Positions 19,977 to 28,893 of a DNA stretch of 64,000 nucleotides are shown one piece after another. Source of the DNA: Verrucomicrobiota bacterium. GTDB lineage: Bacteria > Verrucomicrobiota > Verrucomicrobiia > Limisphaerales > UBA11358. Under the pieces are notes generated by a model. It was not told where the DNA came from. It was given only the letters and a program-made list of their open reading frames with translations, and searched no databases. Position 1 is the first letter of the stretch. The number at the start of each line of letters is the position of its first letter. A program made the position numbers and the translations under genes. The stretch lies in contig JBEKKN010000001.1 of NCBI GenBank assembly GCA_050010675.1, forward strand, positions 7,465-71,464, in the 5' to 3' direction.

Positions 19977-20527
19977 GTCCGCCGGCAGTTCACGTTCCGC
20001 AGACGGGACCGGTCGCACCGGTTCCGGATGTGCCGGCTTTAAGCTTCGCCCCGGCTCAATCGCTTTATGCACTCATCGAACAACAGCCGTTTTTTAAGGG
20101 ATTAAACCCCCAGCAGCTTCAACGGCTCGCCGGTTCGGCCTTGAAAATGAAATTTGAAACCGGTGCGAGCATTTTTGAGGAGGGAAGCCCCGCCAACCGG
20201 TTTTATCTGATATTAACCGGCCGGGTGGAGCTGGCATCGGAAATGGAAGACCGGAATGTGATTCCCATTCAAACTCTTGGGCCGGGCGACGACTTGGGTT
20301 GGTCCTGGCTTTTTCCTCCCTATTACACACATTTCAGTGCGCGCGCCTTGGAGCCAACCACCACGATATTTTTCTATGGGACCAGGCTGCGTGAACAGTG
20401 CGAACAAGACCACGAACTGGGCTACCAGGTCATGAAGCGAATCGCCGAGGTGGCGACCCAATCGCTCCGGGCCACCCAGCGACGTTTAATGCAATACATT
20501 GACAAAAATATTCCCGAGCAACCATGA
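19973..20527 (+). CDS. cyclic nucleotide-binding domain protein (stand-alone, no HTH)
   Basis: FFKGLNPQQLQRLAGSALKMKFETGASIFEEGSPANRFYLILTGRVEL is a cNMP-binding beta-roll. At 184 aa it is too short to carry a CRP-type DNA-binding domain. Confidence 0.8.
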   Translation: MSPPAVHVPQTGPVAPVPDVPALSFAPAQSLYALIEQQPFFKGLNPQQLQRLAGSALKMKFETGASIFEEGSPANRFYLILTGRVELASEMEDRNVIPIQTLGPGDDLGWSWLFPPYYTHFSARALEPTTTIFFYGTRLREQCEQDHELGYQVMKRIAEVATQSLRATQRRLMQYIDKNIPEQP

Positions 20528-20572
20528 AACCGCGGTGCCAGACATCGACAACGCCCGGACGCAGTCTTCGGC

Positions 20573-20591
20573 CTTTTTCCCGGGGAAAAAG
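20573..20591 (+). terminator. stem-loop downstream of the cNMP-binding gene
   Basis: CTTTTTCC-CGG-GGAAAAAG forms an 8-bp stem 46 nt after the stop. There is no clear U-tract. Confidence 0.35.
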
Positions 20592-20699
20592 TTGGCAAGA
20601 GGGTGGTCAGGTTCAGTTGAGCCTTTTTGCGTGATGTGCTGGTCGTTCCACTTGTAGAGCTGCTCGGTGCGCGGAAGTGCATGGTATGAAGCGGGAGCG

Positions 20700-21344
20700 A
20701 TGAACATGATTCACTGGTTGCATTCTTTACTGCCTCATATTCCTCATTACGGATATGTGCTGGTGTTCATCGTTGCGTTTTTGAACAACCTCGGCGTTCC
20801 GCTGCCGGGAGAAACGATTCTATTGGGGGCCGGATTTGTTTTGGCGAAAACCGCGGATTCATTGTGGCAACCCGTGGTGGCTGGAACCATGGCCTGTATT
20901 CTGGGCGGCCTCATTGCCTTCGGGCTGGGGCGGCGGTTGGGCCATGCCCGTCTCGAAAAAATCCACTGGCTTCATCTCACACCGGAACGGATGCAGTGGC
21001 CGGAACAATTTTTCAAACGTCATGGCGCCAAGACGGTTTTTATCGCGCGGTTCATCTTCCTTTTTCCTCCCGTCGTGGTGAATTTGCTGGCCGGCATGTC
21101 AAAAATGCGATGGCGTACCTTTCTGTTTTACAATGTCACGGGATCGGCGGCTTATACCACCACTTACATCCTGATCGGATATTTTCTTGGGAAGCAATGG
21201 AAGCTGCTCGAAGCCTGGTTGGGCCCCACGGCGCTTTACCTGATGCTCGGGGGACTGGCCCTTGTGGTTGTCACCGTGATTTTCAGACGTTCTTTGGCCG
21301 GTTATTCGGCGTGCCTTTTTGCCAAAAAGCATCAGCAGAAATAA
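20700..21344 (+). CDS. DedA family membrane protein
   Basis: YGYVLVFIVAFLNNLGVPLPGETILL and RFIFLFPPVVVNLLAGM are typical of DedA/SNARE-associated proteins. Confidence 0.85.
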   Translation: MNMIHWLHSLLPHIPHYGYVLVFIVAFLNNLGVPLPGETILLGAGFVLAKTADSLWQPVVAGTMACILGGLIAFGLGRRLGHARLEKIHWLHLTPERMQWPEQFFKRHGAKTVFIARFIFLFPPVVVNLLAGMSKMRWRTFLFYNVTGSAAYTTTYILIGYFLGKQWKLLEAWLGPTALYLMLGGLALVVVTVIFRRSLAGYSACLFAKKHQQK

Positions 21345-21706
21345 AGGATGGTGGGTGAACACCCGCCGGTGCCCGCCAAGGCCTGTGCCACATGTCTGGT
21401 CCGGCCTCTCCCCGGCAATGAATGAATTTTAGCCACCAAGCCCAGGGTAACCGTAACCCGGAATATTTTTCATAATTACGGTCATCAAGGTGGCGCGAAC
21501 CGTGAGGGTTTCCGTCTCCGCATCCAATAAAAACGGATTGACCGTGACTGAACATTTCTCGGTTAAGAGTCGTTGCGATGAAAAAACCAACATGCGTTGG
21601 GATGGATTTTGTTTGCGTTGATGGAGTGTGCCGGCCGGTTCCCGGGTTCGCGAGAGGTTGCTTTTGCTCATGTTATAACCAGTAAGACGAACGTCCGGCG
21701 AACGCT

Positions 21707-21752
21707 ATGGGGTGTTCACCCCATTGTTTACGGTGGCCAAAAGCGACACTTT
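21707..21752 (+). promoter_or_regulatory. candidate promoter, site e: ATGGGGTGTTCACCCCAT-N22-CACTTT
   Basis: Perfect 7+7 dyad with the same orientation and spacer. The gene's ATG 21759 lies 6 nt after the hexamer. The hexamer is a weak -10; GACACT lies 2 nt upstream. Confidence 0.5.
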
Positions 21753-21758
21753 CGGATT

Positions 21759-22559
21759 ATGGGCGACGTTGTCCTCGAAATCAAAAACCTGACCCGCCGC
21801 TTCGGCGCGTTCACGGCGGTGGATGCGCTGACGCTTTCGGTCAACGCCGGCGAGGTTTTCGGCCTGCTCGGCTCCAATGGGGCGGGCAAGACCACCACAA
21901 TCAAGATGCTCACCACGCTCTTGCCGCCCACGTCGGGCGAGGCGCGCGTGGCCGGCTTCTCCATCACCACCCAGCCGGTCGGTGTCCGCCGCGTCATCGG
22001 TTATGTACCGCAGTCGGTCTCCGTGGACGGTTCACTCACCGGCTACGAAAATCTGCTCATTTTCGCCAAACTTTACGACCTGCCACACCGCGAGCAGCCC
22101 GCACGCATCAAGGAGGCATTGGAGTTCATGAACCTCACGGCCGATGCCGGACGTCTGGTGAGTGAATACTCCGGCGGCATGGTCCGCCGCCTGGAAATCG
22201 CCCAGTCCACGTTGCATCGTCCCAAGGTGCTTTTCCTCGATGAACCGACCGTCGGGCTGGATCCCATTGCGCGCGACGCGGTCTGGAAACATCTCGTGGA
22301 TATGCGGGCCAACTATGGCACGACGTTGTTTTTCACCACTCATTATCTGGAGGAGGCGGAGAGCCATTGTGATCGCATCGCGATCATGCACCTGGGCAAG
22401 GTGGCGGCGCTCGGCACGTGCCGAGAACTCGAAACCTCGCTGGGCACCGGCCATACGTTGAATGACGTCTTCGTCCATTATGCCGGCAGTGCGCTGGATA
22501 GCGGCAACAATTTCCGCGCCGTCTCCGCCGAACGCGCCACGGCGCAGCGCCTGGGTTGA
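21759..22559 (+). CDS. ABC transporter ATP-binding protein (DrrA/ABC-2 type)
   Basis: Walker A GSNGAGKTT, signature SGGMVRRLEIA, Walker B LFLDEPTVGLD. Start set to ATG 21759. Confidence 0.9.
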   Translation: MGDVVLEIKNLTRRFGAFTAVDALTLSVNAGEVFGLLGSNGAGKTTTIKMLTTLLPPTSGEARVAGFSITTQPVGVRRVIGYVPQSVSVDGSLTGYENLLIFAKLYDLPHREQPARIKEALEFMNLTADAGRLVSEYSGGMVRRLEIAQSTLHRPKVLFLDEPTVGLDPIARDAVWKHLVDMRANYGTTLFFTTHYLEEAESHCDRIAIMHLGKVAALGTCRELETSLGTGHTLNDVFVHYAGSALDSGNNFRAVSAERATAQRLG

Positions 22560-22562
22560 CTT

Positions 22563-23360
22563 ATGACCGCCACCACTTTCATCCACCCCTTTAGCGGCTT
22601 CATCGAGAAGACGCTGGTCATCACCGAATTTGAGTTGCGCAAGTTGCGCCACGATTTCACGGAACTCGTCACCCGCGCCCTTCAGCCCGCCCTCTGGCTG
22701 CTCATCTTCGGTCAGGTGTTTTCACGCAGCGGGATGATGCACACGGGTAATATTCCCTATCTGGACTTCATTGCTCCCGGCATCCTGGCGCAAAGCGTTC
22801 TCTTCGTGGCCATTTTTTACGGCATCAACGTCATCTGGGAACGCGATCTCGGCATTGTGCAGAAATTTCTCGCCAGCCCAACTCCGCGCGCCGCGCTGGT
22901 GCTCGGCAAGGGTTTCTCCGCCGGTTTCCGTACGCTCTCGCAGGCGGCCATCGTTTACGGCCTCTCGCTGTTGCTCGGGGTGAAGCTGAATTGGAGCCCG
23001 CTCGCGCTCCTCAACGTGCTGATCATCGTGGTCCTGGCCGCGACGCTGTTCTCGACGTTTTCGCTCATCATTGCGTGCATTGTGAAGACACGCGAACGGT
23101 TCATGGGCGTCGGCCAGGTGCTGACCATGCCGCTCTTTTTTGCGAGCAACGCGATTTATCCCACCGAAATCATGCCCGGATGGCTGAAGACCATTTCTCA
23201 TCTGAATCCGCTGACTTACGTCGTGGATGCCCTGCGCACGTTCATGCTGGCTGGCAGCACGAGCACCTTCGGTCTGGGCTTTGACTATGCGATCATCCTC
23301 CTGACCACGACCATCCTGGTCATCATCGGCGCGCGATTGTATCCCCGTCTGGCCACCTAA
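22563..23360 (+). CDS. ABC-2 type transporter permease
   Basis: 265 aa with 6 TM segments and an ABC-2 membrane domain layout. It starts 3 nt after the ATPase gene. Confidence 0.85.
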   Translation: MTATTFIHPFSGFIEKTLVITEFELRKLRHDFTELVTRALQPALWLLIFGQVFSRSGMMHTGNIPYLDFIAPGILAQSVLFVAIFYGINVIWERDLGIVQKFLASPTPRAALVLGKGFSAGFRTLSQAAIVYGLSLLLGVKLNWSPLALLNVLIIVVLAATLFSTFSLIIACIVKTRERFMGVGQVLTMPLFFASNAIYPTEIMPGWLKTISHLNPLTYVVDALRTFMLAGSTSTFGLGFDYAIILLTTTILVIIGARLYPRLAT

Positions 23361-23378
23361 AATCCACCCAGCCAGTCA

Positions 23379-23873
23379 ATGCTTGTGAATACTCGAACCG
23401 AAACCGCCCTTCCAGGGACGCCGAAACGCGTCGGCATCGCTGCCGACCACGGCGGTTACGAGTTGAAGGAATATCTAGCCGGGCAATTGCGCGAAGCCGG
23501 TCATGAAGTGGTTGACTTCGGCGACGGGCGGCCGAAGGAGGAGGATGATTATCCGGATTTCATCGTGCCGCTGGCGCGCGCGGTGGCCTCCGGGACGGTG
23601 AAACGCGGCATTGGAATCTGCGGAAGTGGTGTCGGGGCCTCCGTTTGCGCGAACAAAGTGGCGGGGGTTCGGGCCTGCCTGATTCACGAAACCTTTTCGG
23701 CGCATCAAGGTGTCGAGGACGACGATTTAAACCTGATCTGTTTTGGCGGCCTCGTGATCGGCCACGCCTTTGCCTGGGAATTGTTGCAGACCTTTCTCGC
23801 CGCGAAATTCACCGGAGCCGATCGTCATTGTCGCCGATTGACCAAAGTGGCCAATTTGGAAAACCAACCATGA
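23379..23873 (+). CDS. rpiB: ribose-5-phosphate isomerase B (RpiB/LacA/LacB family)
   Basis: Contains IAADHGGYELKEYL and GIGICGSGVGASVCANKVAGVRA. Confidence 0.85.
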   Translation: MLVNTRTETALPGTPKRVGIAADHGGYELKEYLAGQLREAGHEVVDFGDGRPKEEDDYPDFIVPLARAVASGTVKRGIGICGSGVGASVCANKVAGVRACLIHETFSAHQGVEDDDLNLICFGGLVIGHAFAWELLQTFLAAKFTGADRHCRRLTKVANLENQP

Positions 23874-26437
23874 GCGCAGCAAATGTTATGACATCCAAAC
23901 CAATACCCGTTAGAAACTCGAAGAATTATTACCTGCCCACAGAAATTGAAGGGTTCGATTCCCTGGCGGAGCTGGCGCTGGATTTACGTTGGTCGTGGAA
24001 TCACGCCACCGATGACGTGTGGCGACAGCTGGATCCCGTGCTGTGGGATTTTACCCAAAACCCCTGGGTGGTTCTGCAGACCGTCTCCCAGGACAAACTT
24101 AAAGGCGTGTTGGCCAATCCCACCTTCCGCAAAAAGATTGATGACCTGCTGCAGGCCAAACGTCGGGCGGCGGAGACGCCCGCATGGTTTCAGAAAAGCC
24201 ATCCGCAGTCGCCCTTGAAGTGTGTCGCGTATTTCAGCATGGAATACATGTTGAGCGAGGCGCTGCCCATTTACTCGGGCGGGCTGGGCAATGTGGCCGG
24301 CGATCAGCTCAAAGCCGCCAGCGACCTGGGCGTGCCGGTGATCGGTGTGGGGCTGCTCTACCAGCAAGGCTATTTTCGCCAGGTGATTGACAAGGACGGG
24401 ACGCAACAGGCCCTTTATCCGTATAACGACCCCGGGCAGTTGCCCATCACGCCGTTGCGCCAGGCGAATGGCGAATGGTTGCGATTGGAGATCACCTTGC
24501 CCGGCTATTCGGTCTGGCTGCGCGCCTGGGAGGTGCAGGTCGGTCGGGTGAAGCTTTACCTGCTGGACAGCAATGACGCGGCAAACTTTCCCGCGCATCG
24601 CGGAATTACCAGCGAATTGTATGGCGGCGGACCGGAGTTACGGCTCGTGCAGGAAATGGTGCTGGGCATCGGCGGCTGGCGGCTGCTCGCCGCGCTGGGC
24701 ATCAAGCCGGATGTCTGTCACTTGAATGAAGGTCATGCCGCGTTTGCCGTATTGGAACGTGCCCGCAGCTTTATGCAGGAAAATGCGCAGTCTTTTGAAA
24801 TCGCGCTGGCCGCCACGCGGGCGGGGAATCTCTTCACCACGCACACGGCCGTGGCCGCCGGGTTTGACCGCTTTACTCCGGCGCTCATCGAACAATACCT
24901 CGGTCATTATGCCACGCAGAAGCTTGGCATCACCCTCCGTGATTTTCTGGCCCTGGGCCGCCAGAATCCGGACGACGCGTCGGAGAGTTTCAACATGGCT
25001 TATCTGGCCGTCCGGGGCAGCGGGTCAGTGAATGGCGTGAGTCGCTTGCATGGGCAAGTCAGCCGGCAATTATTTTCGCCGCTGTTTCCACACTGGCCGG
25101 TGGACGAAGTGCCCGTCGGCTATGTGACCAACGGAGTTCATATGCCGACCTGGGATTCGGCTGCCGCGGATGAGCTTTGGACCAAGGCATGTGGCAAGGA
25201 CCGCTGGCTGGGCAAGCCGGAAAATATGGAGCAGGACATTCGCCGCGTCTCCGACGACACCCTCTGGCAATTTCGGCTCGCCACCAGCAAATCGCTCGTG
25301 GAGTATGCCCGCGACCGTCTGGCCCGGCACTATGCCGCTGCCGGTGCGTCGCCGGAGAGGGTTGAGGAGGCAAAACATTTGTTTGATCCAAACGCCTTGA
25401 CCCTGGGTTTTGCGCGACGCTTTGCGACCTACAAAAGACCCAATCTGCTGCTGCACGACCCGGAGCGGCTGTTGCGGCTGTTATCCAATCACGAGCGCCC
25501 GGTGCAAATCATCATTGCCGGCAAGGCGCATCCGGCCGACCTGGCGGGACAAGCCCTGATTCAGAAATGGATCCAGTTCATTCGCCGACCGGAGGTCCGG
25601 CCGCATGCGATTTTCCTCAGCGATTACGACATGCATCTGACCGGTCGCCTGGTGCAGGGGGTGGATGTCTGGATCAACACACCCCGACGACCGTGGGAGG
25701 CGTGCGGGACGAGCGGCATGAAGGTGCTGGTCAACGGCGGCATCAATCTATCGGAACTGGACGGCTGGTGGGCGGAAGCCTTTACCACCGACCTCGGCTG
25801 GGCGCTGGGCGACGGACAGGAACATGGCAGCGATCAATCCTGGGACGCGGCCGAAGCCGAAGCGCTCTACGATCGGCTCGAACATGAGGTGATTCCGGAA
25901 TTTTATACGCGAAATGACAAAGGTATTCCCACAGCCTGGGTCGCACGAATGCGTGAAAGCATGGCGCAATTGACTCCGCGTTTCTCCGCGACCCGCGCCG
26001 TGTGCGAATACACCGAACAGCATTATCTCCCGGCCGCCGCCGCCTGCCAATCGCGCGTGGCCAACCAGGGCGCAATCGGCAAACACATGGTGGACTGGCG
26101 GAACGATCTGGACAAAAAATGGGCGTCGTTGCATCTTGGCAAAATGAAGCTGGCGACCCGCAATGGGACGCATGTGTTTGAGATTGAACTCGGTCACGAC
26201 GGTCTCGACCCAACAGCAGTGCGGGTGGAGTTATACGCTGACGGAATCAAAGCGGGTGCTCCCGTGCGGCTGGAGATGACCCGCCTGCTTCCGGCCGCCG
26301 ACAAGTCCGGCGGCAATATTTACAGTGCCACCGTGCCGTCGGCCCGTCCGCCGACGGACTACACGGTGCGAGTGATGCCGCGCTGCGACGGAGCAGCCAT
26401 TCCGTTGGAAGCCCCGCGAATCTTATGGCAGCGATGA
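23870..26437 (+). CDS. glgP: alpha-glucan (glycogen) phosphorylase, GT35 with DUF3417-type N-terminus
   Basis: LAELALDLRWSWNH, AYFSMEYMLSEALPIYSGGLGNVAGD and a pyridoxal-Lys region. The ATG overlaps the rpiB stop (ATGA at 23870). Confidence 0.9.
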   Translation: MSAANVMTSKPIPVRNSKNYYLPTEIEGFDSLAELALDLRWSWNHATDDVWRQLDPVLWDFTQNPWVVLQTVSQDKLKGVLANPTFRKKIDDLLQAKRRAAETPAWFQKSHPQSPLKCVAYFSMEYMLSEALPIYSGGLGNVAGDQLKAASDLGVPVIGVGLLYQQGYFRQVIDKDGTQQALYPYNDPGQLPITPLRQANGEWLRLEITLPGYSVWLRAWEVQVGRVKLYLLDSNDAANFPAHRGITSELYGGGPELRLVQEMVLGIGGWRLLAALGIKPDVCHLNEGHAAFAVLERARSFMQENAQSFEIALAATRAGNLFTTHTAVAAGFDRFTPALIEQYLGHYATQKLGITLRDFLALGRQNPDDASESFNMAYLAVRGSGSVNGVSRLHGQVSRQLFSPLFPHWPVDEVPVGYVTNGVHMPTWDSAAADELWTKACGKDRWLGKPENMEQDIRRVSDDTLWQFRLATSKSLVEYARDRLARHYAAAGASPERVEEAKHLFDPNALTLGFARRFATYKRPNLLLHDPERLLRLLSNHERPVQIIIAGKAHPADLAGQALIQKWIQFIRRPEVRPHAIFLSDYDMHLTGRLVQGVDVWINTPRRPWEACGTSGMKVLVNGGINLSELDGWWAEAFTTDLGWALGDGQEHGSDQSWDAAEAEALYDRLEHEVIPEFYTRNDKGIPTAWVARMRESMAQLTPRFSATRAVCEYTEQHYLPAAAACQSRVANQGAIGKHMVDWRNDLDKKWASLHLGKMKLATRNGTHVFEIELGHDGLDPTAVRVELYADGIKAGAPVRLEMTRLLPAADKSGGNIYSATVPSARPPTDYTVRVMPRCDGAAIPLEAPRILWQR

Positions 26438-26456
26438 TTTTAATTGAGCCAATAAC

Positions 26457-26657
26457 ATGAAAACATCGATCGAATACATCATCGTGGCGGTGCCTTTTCA
26501 CGCCGATGCCGCAACCCACGATGAGCTGGCGCAAAAAGTGAATGAGCGGCTGACCGCCGGTTACGAACTGTTGGGTGGACCATTCCTCAGCGAAGCAATG
26601 ATGTATCAGGCCATGATGAAACCCATTTACCAAACTTCCCGGGCATCGACCGCGTGA
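26457..26657 (+). CDS. small conserved protein (DUF1737-like)
   Basis: 66 aa. The pattern ...ELAQKVNERLTAGYELLGGPF...YQAMMK resembles DUF1737. Confidence 0.45.
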   Translation: MKTSIEYIIVAVPFHADAATHDELAQKVNERLTAGYELLGGPFLSEAMMYQAMMKPIYQTSRASTA

Positions 26658-27301
26658 AAAAAAACATCCCGATCACAACCCTTTTCCTGGACATCGGCGG
26701 GGTCCTGCTGAACAACGGCTGGGATCACCTTGCCCGTCGGCGGGCGGCGAAACACTTCAAACTGGACTGGGCCGGGATGGAACAACGGCATGCCTTGAAC
26801 TTTGAAACGCACGAGGTGGATAAACTTACTTTCAGTGAGTATTTGGACCGCGTGGTCTTCTACGAAAAACGTCCGTTCACGCGTGCCGAGTTTCGCCGTT
26901 TTATGTTCGCGCAATCGAAACCGGTCGCCGGGATGATTGAACTGGTCCGCCGCCTGAAAGTTAAATTCGGATTGAGGATTATCGTCGTCAGCAACGAATC
27001 GCGCGAACTAAATGCGTATCGAATTCGGAAGTTCAAGCTGGCCGGATTTGTTGACGCGTTTATTTCTTCCTGTTTCGTTCGTCTCCGAAAACCGGACGCG
27101 GATATTTTCAAACTGGCGTTGGACATCGCCCAGACACCCGCCCGGCAGATCGTCTATATCGAAAATACCCCGATGTTCGTCCAGGTCGCGGAAGGTTTTG
27201 GAATTCGAAGCATTCTGCACACGGATTACAAATCTACGTGCGCAAAACTGGCTTCATTGGGATTGCGGAATCACGTAGGAGACACCCATGAAAGCCGCTG
27301 A
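26654..27301 (+). CDS. HAD superfamily hydrolase (subfamily IA)
   Basis: Motif I LFLDIGGVL and the later motifs IVVSNES and IENT. The GTG start overlaps the previous stop. Confidence 0.75.
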   Translation: MKKNIPITTLFLDIGGVLLNNGWDHLARRRAAKHFKLDWAGMEQRHALNFETHEVDKLTFSEYLDRVVFYEKRPFTRAEFRRFMFAQSKPVAGMIELVRRLKVKFGLRIIVVSNESRELNAYRIRKFKLAGFVDAFISSCFVRLRKPDADIFKLALDIAQTPARQIVYIENTPMFVQVAEGFGIRSILHTDYKSTCAKLASLGLRNHVGDTHESR

Positions 27302-28508
27302 CCCAAGCATCCTCACGATCAACGGCGGCTCGTCCAGCATCAAATTTGCACTCTACCATATCGCAGAACCATTGAAGCGGGGGCTGTACGGAAAGGTTGA
27401 CCGCATCGGCCTGCGCGGAACGAATCTGGCGTTCCATGACCCGACCCAGAAACAGCCGGAGAGCCGCAACCTCATTGCCCCGGATCACAAATCAGCGGCG
27501 AATTCCCTGATCGACTGGCTCGAAAAGCAAATTGATTTCAAATCGGTCAAGGCGGTGGGACATCGGGTGGTGCATGGGATGAAACATACCGAGCCGGAGA
27601 TTGTCACCCAGAAATTGCTGGATGAACTGCATCGCATCAGCCCGAACGACCCGGATCATCTGCCGCGCGAAATTGAACTGATCGAGACGTTCCGTCATCG
27701 CCATCCGAAACTGCCGCAGGTGGCCTGCTTCGACACGGCGTTTCACCAGACGATGCCACGCGTGGCCAAACTCCTGCCGATTCCGCGCCGATTCGATGCC
27801 AAGGGCATTCAACGCTACGGTTTCCACGGCTTGTCTTACGCGTATCTGATGGAAGAACTCGCGCGGCTCGGCGACCCGGCGGCGACGAAGGGCCGCGTGA
27901 TCCTCGCGCATCTCGGCAACGGCGCCAGTCTGGCCGCGGTGCGCGACGGCAAGAGCATGGACACCAGCATGGGCTTTACCCCGACCGCGGGCCTGGTGAT
28001 GAGCACCCGCACGGGCGATTTGGATCCCGGCCTCGCGCCGTATCTTGCGCGCACCGAGCAGATGACCACCAGCCAGTTTTACAAAATGGTCAATCACGAA
28101 TCCGGGCTGCTTGGCGTCTCGGAGACCAGCTCCGACATGCGGGATTTGCTCGACCATGAAAAGCAGGATGTACGGGCGGGGGAAGCCGTGGCGCTGTTTT
28201 GTTACCAGGCAAAAAAATGGATCGGCTCCTTCGCCGCTGCACTCGGTGGCTTGGACACGCTCGTTTTCGCCGGCGGCATCGGTGAAAATGCGCCCGTTGT
28301 CCGCGCCCGGATCTGCGAAGGACTGGGCGTCTTCGGCATTGAATTGGATAAGTCGCGTAATGCGGAAACCGCGCCCGTGATTTCCATGCAAACCCATCGC
28401 GTCACCGTGAGGGTCATTCGCACGGACGAAGAACTGATGATTGCCCGCTCGGTTCTGCGTTCCTGTCCGGTGATCAGAGCGGGGAAAGGGAAACCAAATC
28501 AGCATTGA
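27288..28508 (+). CDS. ackA: acetate kinase
   Basis: ILTINGGSSSIKFALY, VGHRVVHG and FAGGIGEN are AckA signatures. Confidence 0.95.
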   Translation: MKAADPSILTINGGSSSIKFALYHIAEPLKRGLYGKVDRIGLRGTNLAFHDPTQKQPESRNLIAPDHKSAANSLIDWLEKQIDFKSVKAVGHRVVHGMKHTEPEIVTQKLLDELHRISPNDPDHLPREIELIETFRHRHPKLPQVACFDTAFHQTMPRVAKLLPIPRRFDAKGIQRYGFHGLSYAYLMEELARLGDPAATKGRVILAHLGNGASLAAVRDGKSMDTSMGFTPTAGLVMSTRTGDLDPGLAPYLARTEQMTTSQFYKMVNHESGLLGVSETSSDMRDLLDHEKQDVRAGEAVALFCYQAKKWIGSFAAALGGLDTLVFAGGIGENAPVVRARICEGLGVFGIELDKSRNAETAPVISMQTHRVTVRVIRTDEELMIARSVLRSCPVIRAGKGKPNQH

Positions 28509-28548
28509 TCCCCTCCGCAATCACCATTTGGAACATCATCCGAACATT

Positions 28549-28680
28549 ATGAAAGCCACCCAAATCCTGCGCGACCTGGGCCAGAGCCTCTGGCTCGACA
28601 ACATCACGCGCGACTTGTTGAACAGCGGCACCCTCAAACGCTACCTTGGCGAGCCGTCGGTGAGCGGGCTGACATCAAAA
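28549..28680 (+). pseudogene. tal: transaldolase N-terminal remnant
   Basis: MKATQILRDLGQSLWLDNITRDLLNSGTLKRYLGEPSVSGLTS matches the first ~44 residues of transaldolases. The similarity stops there and the reading frame runs into unrelated sequence. Confidence 0.6.
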
Positions 28681-28893
28681 GATTGGAACCATGGTGCGGT
28701 GTCCTTCGGTTACCCCGCACGGCTCGGTCACACCCGGCCGCCGGGCGGGCGACAACGATTATGCCTTTCCCGGTGGGTTTCGCTTGTAGCCGCAGGCCGG
28801 CACCCGCCAAAGTACCACCCGTGCAACGCCTGATCCGGATAAGCGCAAAGAAACGCGGCTTGGTACCAGGAATAAAATGAAAAGCTGACAAGC

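Noticed and set aside
19973-20527. The idea that the cNMP-binding protein is the CRP-like factor that binds the eight-site dyad.
   Set aside because: The protein is 184 aa and ends right after the cNMP-binding and dimerisation helix. There is no C-terminal helix-turn-helix. It might be a co-factor, but it cannot be called the DNA binder.
21345-21700. Small ORFs in the AT-richer dedA/ABC spacer: 21429..21671 (-), 80 aa, ending ..KNIPGYGYPGLGG, and 21283..21555 (-), 90 aa.
   Set aside because: They have no family resemblance, they overlap each other and the dedA end, and they have no start context. I kept the region as non-coding leader or promoter DNA for site e.
23949-23966. A tRNA T-arm-like sequence, AAGGGTTCGATTCCCTGG.
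   Set aside because: It lies inside glgP, where it encodes EGFDSLA. The flanks cannot form acceptor, D or anticodon arms. I found no tRNA genes in the window.
27492-28520. A 342-aa minus-strand ORF. Similar long antisense ORFs occur at 5821..6609, 37659..38783, 57393..58220, 39184..39969 and 42040..42804.
   Set aside because: Each lies antisense to a gene with clear family signatures (ackA, ADH, the ABC ATPase and MFP, the receiver, the FtsX permease, fba). They have biased composition and no motifs.
28709-28722. GGTTACCCCGCACG in the spacer after the transaldolase remnant.
   Set aside because: It is degenerate (CCCCGC rather than CCCCAT), has no left half and has no spaced hexamer. At most it is a decayed copy.
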